This document shows positions 55,980-64,000 of a stretch of DNA of 64,000 nt, piece after piece. A model generated the notes under the pieces. It was given only the letters and a program-made list of their open reading frames with translations. It was not told where the DNA came from and made no database searches. The position numbers and the translations under genes are program-made. Each line of letters starts with the position of its first letter. Positions within the stretch are counted from its first letter, which is position 1. The DNA comes from a virus, in the IMG/VR virus record IMGVR_UViG_2786546475_000019, positions 974 through 64,973 of that record; one strand, written 5' to 3'.

Positions 55980-58592
55980 TTAAGTTGCCCTTTCTCCCTT
56001 AATCGTTTCCCTTTTAACACCGTCTGGAGTTTCAACAAAACGAAACCCGTTGTCTTTCGGAGCTTCATACGAGAAGCGAACATTGTAGATACATGTCTTT
56101 TGCATCTCGTCAATAGCTATCAAATACATTTCCGCTAGGTTCTGTTCGAACTTCTTACGATTTGCTCGCCCCCCGTCGTCCATGTAGTTCTTATACAGAA
56201 GTTGAAGCTCCACTTTTGATCCAGGCTGTTCTTGGAGCACGGACCGTGCAAAGAGTTCAACGTCGGTTCGGTTCAAGTCCGCAGCTTGCTCTTTATCAAC
56301 CGTATCCACAACAGGAACATTCAAACGCCCCTGAGTTGGCGGTATTTGATACGCTAACAAGGCATACAGAAACGCGGGAGCTTGAGCTTCCAGTTGTTCC
56401 AAAAGAAGTTTCTTTGGAATAACTTTATCTGGCTTCTTGGGTACATTGATAACCGTGATTCGGGTGTCTCCGGGAAGTATCGGACAGAACTCACGATTGT
56501 TCGCGGTGTGAATCCAATGCGACGTATTAGGTATCATGTAAGCGGGCTTGCCTTTTGTGTTGACTGAGATTACTTTGGACGTAACATAGTCTTTAACTTT
56601 TTGATAAACAGTGGAGTCCGAGTTCAAGTTAATCTCCTCAAGAACGCAAAGCACCGCCCCAGCAAGTTCACTGTTGAACGAGCTGACTAACGCGTTCTCC
56701 GCTCGAACGACACCGGGACTAAACAACAATGATAATGCTTCATGCAAAATCGACTTCCCGGTGTCTTGCTCCGTGGAATACAAAAACAGAAACGGCAAAG
56801 GTTCAAACGGTTGTTGTATCAATGACGCGACCCACGCAAACAGATAGTCGTGTCCTTTGCAAATACCGTTCTCCGTGAACCAATTATCCTTACGAACGTA
56901 TTGATCTAGAGAGTGTCCGATATGGTCCAGAATCTTCATCCAAAGATCAAAGTTTCCTTCTTCTGGAGTGTGTCGCAGTTGAGCAGCTCCCCGATTCCAT
57001 AAACGATTACCCGGATATTCAGACTCAAAGGGTCGTGAAACAATGTTCCAGGGCTTCATGATAGCTTCACCCTGCATCTGCTGAATCTCTTTAGTGTTCA
57101 TTCCTTGGCTTTTGAGACCGAGCGTCAGGTTGGCGATCGGTTCTTCGATCCAACCGTTATCATGCGTCTCAATAGCCCAACCGGCGTCCACGCTACCCAT
57201 AATCATGTGACGAATCTGCGTATTCGTGTCCACGTCATACGGGCTACCAGTACGAGACTCTTTTATCACTTTCAACCAACGTGTTCCTTTTGCGATCCAA
57301 CCTTCAATGCCGCCTGGGTCGCCTTTGATTTTCGGAATCTCAATTTTAAGCTTGTTTTCCTTTAGCTGAGTGACAGTTGCTTGACGAGCTATCAATACTT
57401 CGTCAATGGCTTGCATTTCATGTTGCTGGAAAAGCTTAGTCAATTTATGAGCAGGAAGCACCATTCCTTTTTTATCATCTTCTAACGCTCCTGAATCTTT
57501 CACCAAGGTCCAAAGCGGTGGAACATAATTCAAATACGTGCGAGTCCATCCGTTCTTCGTGGTCCACGATTCATGTTCCTTGGCTTCGTTGCCATATCGG
57601 TACACGGCCCATGCTCCGTGTGGAAGCGGATACGCGAAGCAGTTCTGTTTGTGGAGATCAGTTCCGTCACTGATAGTCTGGAAATCGCCTTTAAACCCGA
57701 GTTCTTTGGAAGCTTGCTCCAATAGTTTAGTGTGCGTGATAAACATCTTTCCTTCCGCGTTCCAGTAACCAAACGCGGAGTTGTTATTCATCCACTCAAG
57801 CAAACGCTCATGTTCTTCTTCAAGCGTCACGGACTGTTTGTGCTTGATAATTTCTTCCATACGGTCATCAGCATAAGAGTGTTTCTTCTTACCGCTCACG
57901 ACGCCAATATGATCTCGCCATCCCAGCGGCTCTTTGATATGGGCCTCAGCTTCCTTAATAATTTGAAAGCCGTTCTCTCCCGTTTTCCGTGACCATACCC
58001 ACATATTACAACCGAAAACATCAACTGCAAGGTCAAAGTCGAAACCAGTCTCAAGACATAGTTGACTCAGAACGCCGCGAGCAAGAGCAGCGTGTTCTGC
58101 CCGACTTGTCGTAGTGATAAGGTCTTCAAAGAAAACATATAAGTGGTAGCCAGCTCCACTTTTAGATCGTTGTACTCGCACCCAAGGTACGTTACACGCT
58201 CGTTGTTGAATATCAAGTAGATCAGTCTGCGTTAGCTTGTGCTTGTGCCGAGCTGAGTGGCCCACGATACCGTCAAAGTCGAAAGCAACATATCGCGAGA
58301 TGCATTGCCCAAAGTCCCACCCCGATAAACCAACCATTGAGGCGTGATCTTCCAGGCTGAACTTGATATTTCCTTCATCGTATTTGCCATCAATTCGAAA
58401 ATTCTTCCAGACTTGAACACCGTCAGTCCACTCCCGGTAGGTCCGACCTTTGTATTCCTTATCAACAGGCTCGCCGCCATCAGCGGCTACGTTTACTTGA
58501 ACTTCCATTGTAGGCGAGTATAACGCCGCCATGTGGGGTTCTGCGTTATCACGCAAGAATCGTTCTAAAGCTTCACTTTTACGCATTAACAA
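55980..58592 (-). CDS. bifunctional primase-polymerase (Prim-Pol) / SF3 (D5-like) helicase
   Basis: N-terminal Prim-Pol signature VAFDFDGIVGHS...SGAGYHLYVFFE. C-terminal P-loop YSTEQDTGKS and Walker B LCVLEEI. Confidence 0.6.
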   Translation of the reverse strand: MLMRKSEALERFLRDNAEPHMAALYSPTMEVQVNVAADGGEPVDKEYKGRTYREWTDGVQVWKNFRIDGKYDEGNIKFSLEDHASMVGLSGWDFGQCISRYVAFDFDGIVGHSARHKHKLTQTDLLDIQQRACNVPWVRVQRSKSGAGYHLYVFFEDLITTTSRAEHAALARGVLSQLCLETGFDFDLAVDVFGCNMWVWSRKTGENGFQIIKEAEAHIKEPLGWRDHIGVVSGKKKHSYADDRMEEIIKHKQSVTLEEEHERLLEWMNNNSAFGYWNAEGKMFITHTKLLEQASKELGFKGDFQTISDGTDLHKQNCFAYPLPHGAWAVYRYGNEAKEHESWTTKNGWTRTYLNYVPPLWTLVKDSGALEDDKKGMVLPAHKLTKLFQQHEMQAIDEVLIARQATVTQLKENKLKIEIPKIKGDPGGIEGWIAKGTRWLKVIKESRTGSPYDVDTNTQIRHMIMGSVDAGWAIETHDNGWIEEPIANLTLGLKSQGMNTKEIQQMQGEAIMKPWNIVSRPFESEYPGNRLWNRGAAQLRHTPEEGNFDLWMKILDHIGHSLDQYVRKDNWFTENGICKGHDYLFAWVASLIQQPFEPLPFLFLYSTEQDTGKSILHEALSLLFSPGVVRAENALVSSFNSELAGAVLCVLEEINLNSDSTVYQKVKDYVTSKVISVNTKGKPAYMIPNTSHWIHTANNREFCPILPGDTRITVINVPKKPDKVIPKKLLLEQLEAQAPAFLYALLAYQIPPTQGRLNVPVVDTVDKEQAADLNRTDVELFARSVLQEQPGSKVELQLLYKNYMDDGGRANRKKFEQNLAEMYLIAIDEMQKTCIYNVRFSYEAPKDNGFRFVETPDGVKRETIKGERAT

Positions 58593-59017
58593 ACCTCATT
58601 AACAAATTGATATCATTTTCGATAACAGATTCGAGAAAGCCCGAAACAACCAGACTTCACCCTATAGCTACGAGTGGCGGGATATCGGATTGCCCCACAA
58701 AATGAAAATAAATCGAGTTAATGGAAATTGATACGAAACTTTAATGACGTTTCCAGTGCAGCGTTATCATTATTCTCTCACGTACGCGAAGCCATTAACG
58801 TTTTTGATACTCAAACCTTTAATTTAAGCTTCTACTTCTTATGGGTACGAGGTGAAAGTAAAATATAGTAGTAGTGTAAATATTATAAGGATTTCAGCCG
58901 CTCAGGCGAGCTTCTGATAAGAAAACGTTAATGAGCCAAATTTTACGTTAAATTGGTATGTTTCGACGGGAATTGATACCGTCTCACTGCTCTCCTCCCG
59001 AACCTTGCATCTTGGCT

Positions 59018-59082
59018 CACGCTACACGTATCACGCTACACGTATCACGCTACACGTACGCGTAGCACGTGGGTACGTGCCA
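59018..59082. repeat. Three 14-bp direct iterons (cacgctacacgta[t/c]) followed by tacgcgta and cacgtg palindromes
   Basis: Copies at 59018-59031, 59032-59045 and 59046-59059, then cgcgtagcacgtgggtacgtgcc. Confidence 0.8.
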
Positions 59083-59374
59083 GGGCCAAAGACCTTGAGT
59101 TCTCTTTTAAGTCTCGGAACTGACGTGTAAATTAGTAAGCGGTTATCATTTTGCGTGAGCAAATGATAATTCTCGCGTGCTCCCGCGTGTCCCGCACGTG
59201 CGACTATTTAAATACGCGACGTGCGTAAATGATATGATACATGGTTTTCAAAATACTTGAAAATATTTTCAAAATACGGGGCAATCCTGCCCGGTTTTAT
59301 TCGTAGCTATAGGGGGAAAGTAGACTGTTTTACTTTCCAAAACGACTATCATATCATTTGTGGAGAAGTCCAAC

Positions 59375-60403
59375 ATGGCAGAAGAAACTCAAGCTACCGA
59401 AACTATCATTTCAGAAGGATTGACTCAAGAGCAGTTCGAATCCGTGGGTAGCGACATTCAGGCGATTTCTATCAATGAGATCACCGTCCCTGAAGTTAAG
59501 CTTCGTGGCGTGAACACCGAAGGGGAAGAATACTTGGAACTCAAGGATTCTATCAAATCGCAAGGACTGTTGCAGAACATTACTGTACGTCCCGTCGAAA
59601 TCGCTGGCAAGCAAGGCTACGAACTTATCACTGGGCTCCAGCGATATACTGCTTGCAAGGAACTCGGACATGAGACTATCGACGCTCGTGTGAAAGAAAT
59701 GTCCGAGCAAGAAGCTTGGTTGTGGATGATCCACGAAAACACTCAACGTGTTACGCAAAAAGCGTCAGATATCACCAAGCTCTTGAAGCGTCTGATCGCC
59801 AAAGATCCAACGATGTCTATTCCACGACTCGCGAAGCTTTTGTCGAAGTCCGTGCCCCAAGTACAGAACTATCTGGCACTTGATAAACTGACCGACGAGG
59901 CAAAGGAATTGGTCGATGATGAAACCATCGGTTTGACCAACGCAGTTGCTCTCGCCAAGCTCCCACCTGAGGAGCAGGAAGACTTGCTTGCTGACGCGTC
60001 AACAATGACCGTTGCTGAATTTGTTCCACTTGTAAACGAACGAAAAGAAAAGGTTGATCAAGCCAATCGTGAAGCTCGTGAACAGGAAAAGAACACGTTT
60101 TCTCCGAAACCAAAAGCTCGCAAGAAAGACGATCTCGTCACCGAGCTTGGAATTATCATGGGCACGGAGACTGGCACTTCGCTTCTTATGGAGTGCTTGA
60201 ACGGTCAGGATGTTGATACTTCCAACCAGAATGTCAAGGCAGTTATCACTCAGACAATGGAGTGGGTCCTGAACCTTGATCCAGCGTCCGTCGACGCTCA
60301 ACGAGCGAAATGGGAAGACGCCAAAAAGAAGCGGGAAGAACGAGAAAAAGCGAAAGCTGCCGCTCGTGCCGAACGTGAAAAGGCGAAAGCCCTGGAAATC
60401 TAA
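59375..60403 (+). CDS. ParB-like nuclease-domain protein
   Basis: SQGLLQNITVRP...YELITGLQRYTACKELG is a ParB N-terminal signature. Lys/Glu-rich C-terminus. ATG at 59375 preferred over the GTG at 59360 because a GGAG ribosome-binding site lies at 59362-59365. Confidence 0.6.
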   Translation: MAEETQATETIISEGLTQEQFESVGSDIQAISINEITVPEVKLRGVNTEGEEYLELKDSIKSQGLLQNITVRPVEIAGKQGYELITGLQRYTACKELGHETIDARVKEMSEQEAWLWMIHENTQRVTQKASDITKLLKRLIAKDPTMSIPRLAKLLSKSVPQVQNYLALDKLTDEAKELVDDETIGLTNAVALAKLPPEEQEDLLADASTMTVAEFVPLVNERKEKVDQANREAREQEKNTFSPKPKARKKDDLVTELGIIMGTETGTSLLMECLNGQDVDTSNQNVKAVITQTMEWVLNLDPASVDAQRAKWEDAKKKREEREKAKAAARAEREKAKALEI

Positions 60404-60487
60404 ATTGATAGTTTCAATTTAGTTTCAATTTAGATTCCATCTGATACTTCAATTTTAAACTTCAACTTCAATTTAAAAGGACATTTT

Positions 60488-61156
60488 ATGTCTCAACTTG
60501 CACAGCTCAAGAAAAAAGTTTCCAACAAACCTGATCCTCAAGAACGTAACTTGATAACATCCGGCTCTAACATGCCGTACGTCAAGTTGTGTGGCTCAAG
60601 CACCACGCTTGTGAAGCAGGGTATCATTCCAATGGGGCATCACTCCCTAACGGAAGGTCAGAATCACATTGACCTTGGAAACGAGTTTCTTGCTGCGTTT
60701 ATTTCAAATCGTCCAAAAGCCGTTCACTACGGCGAAGATTTGACTATCAGTTATGATCCGACGAAACCTGAGTTTCAGGAGATTATGAAGAAAGCTGATT
60801 TGGGTGGACAAGCCGCTCGTGGGTATTCCTACGGTTACGAGTTTCTTCTATACTTGCCAGAGCAAAACAAAATGGCAACGTATCATTTTGGAAATCCCAC
60901 GGCTCGCCAGTCAACTGATGCGATCCTTGCATTGTTTGACGACCACAACTTCTTCATGGCGACGGTCAGCTCCACACTGATCGAGCGGAAAGGCAATTCA
61001 TGGCACGGTCCTGTAGTCAAATACTACGAGAACCCTGTTGAAATGCCAAAGTTTGATGCTGAAACTGTTCAAGCTTCCATTGAGAAGTTTGATAATCCTG
61101 TCCCATTGATCGGTACCGAAGTGGCTACTGACGAAGTGGCAAACGATCTTGAGTAA
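60488..61156 (+). CDS. hypothetical protein
   Basis: 222 aa. Confidence 0.4.
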   Translation: MSQLAQLKKKVSNKPDPQERNLITSGSNMPYVKLCGSSTTLVKQGIIPMGHHSLTEGQNHIDLGNEFLAAFISNRPKAVHYGEDLTISYDPTKPEFQEIMKKADLGGQAARGYSYGYEFLLYLPEQNKMATYHFGNPTARQSTDAILALFDDHNFFMATVSSTLIERKGNSWHGPVVKYYENPVEMPKFDAETVQASIEKFDNPVPLIGTEVATDEVANDLE

Positions 61157-61442
61157 GCGACCAAAGTGGGAGTTCTTTGAACCTCAAAAATTCAAAAAGC
61201 TTCTATACGAAGCAGACCAGACTGATTTGTCTGGTCTGCATTCGCTTACTGATATTTCACAACATTACGGCGAGCGTAATAGACACCACTATTACGCTCT
61301 CGTTTTCGTTTGTGACATTGAGGAAATAACTCGTATTGCCCCACACGTCAACGTAACAATCTGTACGGTCGTTGATAAAAAGTATTATTGTTTGGCCTCA
61401 GGAAGTAAAGAATCATGGATCAAGCTCGGTTACATGAAATAA
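61149..61442 (+). CDS. hypothetical protein
   Basis: 97 aa. Confidence 0.3.
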   Translation: MSKRPKWEFFEPQKFKKLLYEADQTDLSGLHSLTDISQHYGERNRHHYYALVFVCDIEEITRIAPHVNVTICTVVDKKYYCLASGSKESWIKLGYMK

Positions 61443-63412
61443 GAAATTCACACAAAGGGATAAACGTCATCCGCCCCAGCTTAATGAGTAAGCTGGCAGA
61501 AGGTCCAGTACGTCTAAAGCTCACGTACCAAGGCCGACGTTATCCTATGACGTTCAACATCAACAGCGATGCCACTGAAATATCAATTAAGTTCCCCTTC
61601 TCAAGAAAAGGGCTTGAGCTGGTCAAGACTCGCTTCGGGGGACGTAAATGGGACAAAACCAATGAGCGTTGGACCATGCCGCTCACAATGCGTAACTTGT
61701 TCCTAATGGACCTACTCTCAGGAGGCAAACCTCATTTAAATTGGCGTCGTGAGGAAGACTACACCGACTTTATCAAAGAGTTCTGGGCTCAACGAGATAA
61801 ACCTTTCGAGTGTGAATTGTTTCAACATCAGATTGAAATGATAAATCTTGCTCTCAACTCTCGACACGTAATCCTGGCCGCAGATATGGGCCTTGGCAAA
61901 ACGTTAACGGCAATCGTTGTTATGGAGATTCTAGGAATTCCCAAGTGTACTTGGGTGGCTCCTAATGCTCCGTTAGCTCAAGCAAAGAACGAGTTTCGAG
62001 ATTGGCGAACACTGACTCAGGCTCGGTGGCTCACGTATCGTGGAGCCGTAAAATGGCAAAACGAATACACTGGTAAAGCTCCGAAAGCTTTTATCATTGA
62101 CGAATCTGCCTACATTAAAAACAAATCACAACGAACAGATGCTTGTTTGTACATTGCCGACTGCGTACGAGAGGAGCATGGCCTGGACTCATTAATCCTG
62201 CTCCTGTCGGGTAAACCAGCTCCTAAGTCCCCACCTGATTGGTTTAACCAAGTGGAAGCAATTTGTCCCGGAGCTATCAACGAGAATTCAAAATATACTC
62301 TTGAACGTCGCTTAGGTCTTTGGAAACAATCTGAATACGGCGAGTTCCAAGAACTTGTTACTTGGTATGATAACGAAGATAAGTGTGCCCATTGCGGGGA
62401 GATTAAACTTCACCCTAACCATCAAGAGCTTGACTTCGAAGAATTTATTCGTCACGGCTCTACTGGCGAACTAGCCACGTATGAGCGTCACGAATTCCAA
62501 CCGTCGGTAAACGAAGTTATCAAGTTCGGTCAACGGCTTAATGGCTTTTGTGGTGTGTGGCAAAAAGAAGATTGCACTGACTTGCCGCCAAAGCAATTCC
62601 ACGTGGAACAACTCGTTGTTACTCCTGAAATGTTGAACTTAGCTAAGTCTTACATGGCGAAAGCAACATCAGGTTCCGAGTCTTTGATATTTTTACGAAC
62701 ATTATCTGATGGTTTTGTTTACCAGAAGATACCAACCGATCAACTTGCTGTATGCCAAGGGTGTCATGGCGAAAAGCAAGTCGAAATGATAGACCCTGAC
62801 ACTAACGAAACGTTTTGGGCTGATTGTCACACGTGCCACGGTGAAGGATCAGTGCCGCTTATTGAACGAGTCTATCAAACGTACCCAACACCTAAGTTGG
62901 ATTACTTACACAAGTTACTTGAACTTCATAAGGAGACTGGACGATTTGTGACATTTGCAGCTTTCCAAGCATCAGTAGACATCATTACCAACTTTGCATT
63001 GCAAAAGAATTGGCAAGTGATACAAGCTGATGGGCGAGGCTGGATGTTCCACAAAGGTATTGATAACGTTGCTAAGATGAAGAAAGGGGAAATGCTAGAT
63101 TACTTCCAGAAAGGCCCGGACGACCGCGTATTATTCGTAGGTCAACCCGGAGCTGCTGGTAGTGGATTGACATTGCATCGCTCACCCGGAGTCTTCTTTT
63201 ACTCCAATGATAACGTACCGAATAACCGGTTTCAAGCTATTGATCGAGTTCATCGTATTGGTATGCGTGACGATGGTGGTCACGTCTACGATTGTTTGTG
63301 TTTACCGTCGGATAAACGTATTTTGTCCACGTTAAATAATTCAGAACGATTATCATCTATTACTCTTGACCAGTTGAAGAAGGATTATGAGCACTACCAC
63401 CCCACAAATTGA
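61415..63412 (+). CDS. SNF2/RAD54-family helicase with a Cys4-type insertion
   Basis: Motif I ADMGLGKT, motif II IIDESAYIKN, motif VI QAIDRVHRIGM. Zinc knuckle CQGCHGEKQ...CHTCHGEGS. Confidence 0.75.
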   Translation: MDQARLHEIRNSHKGINVIRPSLMSKLAEGPVRLKLTYQGRRYPMTFNINSDATEISIKFPFSRKGLELVKTRFGGRKWDKTNERWTMPLTMRNLFLMDLLSGGKPHLNWRREEDYTDFIKEFWAQRDKPFECELFQHQIEMINLALNSRHVILAADMGLGKTLTAIVVMEILGIPKCTWVAPNAPLAQAKNEFRDWRTLTQARWLTYRGAVKWQNEYTGKAPKAFIIDESAYIKNKSQRTDACLYIADCVREEHGLDSLILLLSGKPAPKSPPDWFNQVEAICPGAINENSKYTLERRLGLWKQSEYGEFQELVTWYDNEDKCAHCGEIKLHPNHQELDFEEFIRHGSTGELATYERHEFQPSVNEVIKFGQRLNGFCGVWQKEDCTDLPPKQFHVEQLVVTPEMLNLAKSYMAKATSGSESLIFLRTLSDGFVYQKIPTDQLAVCQGCHGEKQVEMIDPDTNETFWADCHTCHGEGSVPLIERVYQTYPTPKLDYLHKLLELHKETGRFVTFAAFQASVDIITNFALQKNWQVIQADGRGWMFHKGIDNVAKMKKGEMLDYFQKGPDDRVLFVGQPGAAGSGLTLHRSPGVFFYSNDNVPNNRFQAIDRVHRIGMRDDGGHVYDCLCLPSDKRILSTLNNSERLSSITLDQLKKDYEHYHPTN

Positions 63413-64000
63413 AATGATTCCGTTAAGCGACATCTATTCAGATGATTCGTTTAACTGTCGTCAAAAATTTAAAGATCGCGAAGTCAGAGGACTTTCCCGA
63501 AGTATCAAAGCTAAGGGATTGTTTACTCCGATTATCGTTCGACCAAAGCCCGGACCTAATGGTGAGAAATACACTATTGTCGCGGGACACCGTCGTAAAC
63601 GAGCCACGGAGCTTGCAGGCCAAACCCATATTCAAGCTATCGTTAAGAACCTTACGGACGACGAAGCTCGAAATATCAATTTGAAAGAGAACTTGGAACG
63701 CCAAGATTTGACACTTTGGCAAGAAGTGAAAGCTCTTGAGTGGTATCGAGATCAACAACTGAACGTCTTTCAAATTATGGACCGTATCAATCAAACAGAA
63801 GCGTGGATTGAGAACCGGCTTCTCGTTCTTCGGATGCCTGCGGGGGTTCAAGAAATGGTTGAAATGGGTCACTTAACTTTAGGCCATATTCGAAGCTTGA
63901 AAAAGTTTATGAATCGTCCTGACTTGCTTGGAAAGTATGCAGCCAAGCTATCAGAGCGGTACGCTTTGGGCAACAAAAACGTCACTCTTGCCCACATTCT
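63388..64000 (+). CDS. second ParB-like nuclease-domain protein (3'-truncated by the window edge)
   Basis: In-frame translation from the ATG at 63388 gives IPLSDIYSDDSF...KGLFTPIIVRPKPGPNGEKYTIVAGHRRKRATELAG. Absent from the ORF track because no stop codon falls inside the window. Confidence 0.5.

Noticed and set aside
63438-63872. ORF 63438..63872 (-) 144 aa
   Set aside because: It is antisense to an in-frame ParB-like coding sequence (63388 to the window end) with clear family motifs. The minus-strand ORF has no start context and low-complexity translation.

Overview
This 64 kb window reads as one contiguous piece of a tailed dsDNA phage genome (siphovirus-like: long tape-measure gene, no recognisable sheath gene). 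There is no rRNA, no convincing tRNA and no CRISPR array. Layout: (i) 1-855 is a densely structured non-coding region (perfect 22-bp inverted repeat, a run of GTGCG-N4-CGCAC mini-hairpins, GGACC-motif arrays, two strong hairpins). (ii) 856-12961 (+) holds unknown early-like genes, a tail-fibre-like gene, two parallel beta-helix (depolymerase-like) proteins, membrane proteins and a subtilisin-like protease. (iii) 12952-33612 (+) is a morphogenesis module: terminase large subunit, portal, scaffold, major capsid, 1199-aa tape measure, large tail/baseplate proteins, a glycosyltransferase-like protein and an HTH-metallophosphoesterase fusion. (iv) 33580-58592 (-) is a replication / nucleotide-metabolism / transcription module: DEDDh exonuclease, T4 gp1-like dNMP kinase, NDT/DNPH1-like protein, a target-recognition-domain-less C5-methyltransferase-like protein, ThyA homolog, sigma-70-family factor, MazG, DHH-DHHA1 phosphoesterase, Dda/RecD-like helicase, DksA/TraR-type zinc-finger protein, Dam-family methyltransferase, Prim-Pol/SF3 primase-helicase, and many small unknown ORFs. 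(v) 58593-59374 is a divergent, iteron-bearing origin-like intergenic region. (vi) 59375-64000 (+) carries ParB-like / unknown / SNF2-helicase / ParB-like genes. The most notable items are a translationally coupled pyrimidine-nucleotide operon that suggests non-canonical DNA base chemistry, a family of repeated promoter-hairpin-RBS cassettes with compensatory stem changes, and structured repeat arrays at the left end and at the origin-like region. All calls rest on motifs read by eye from the supplied translations. No database search was run.
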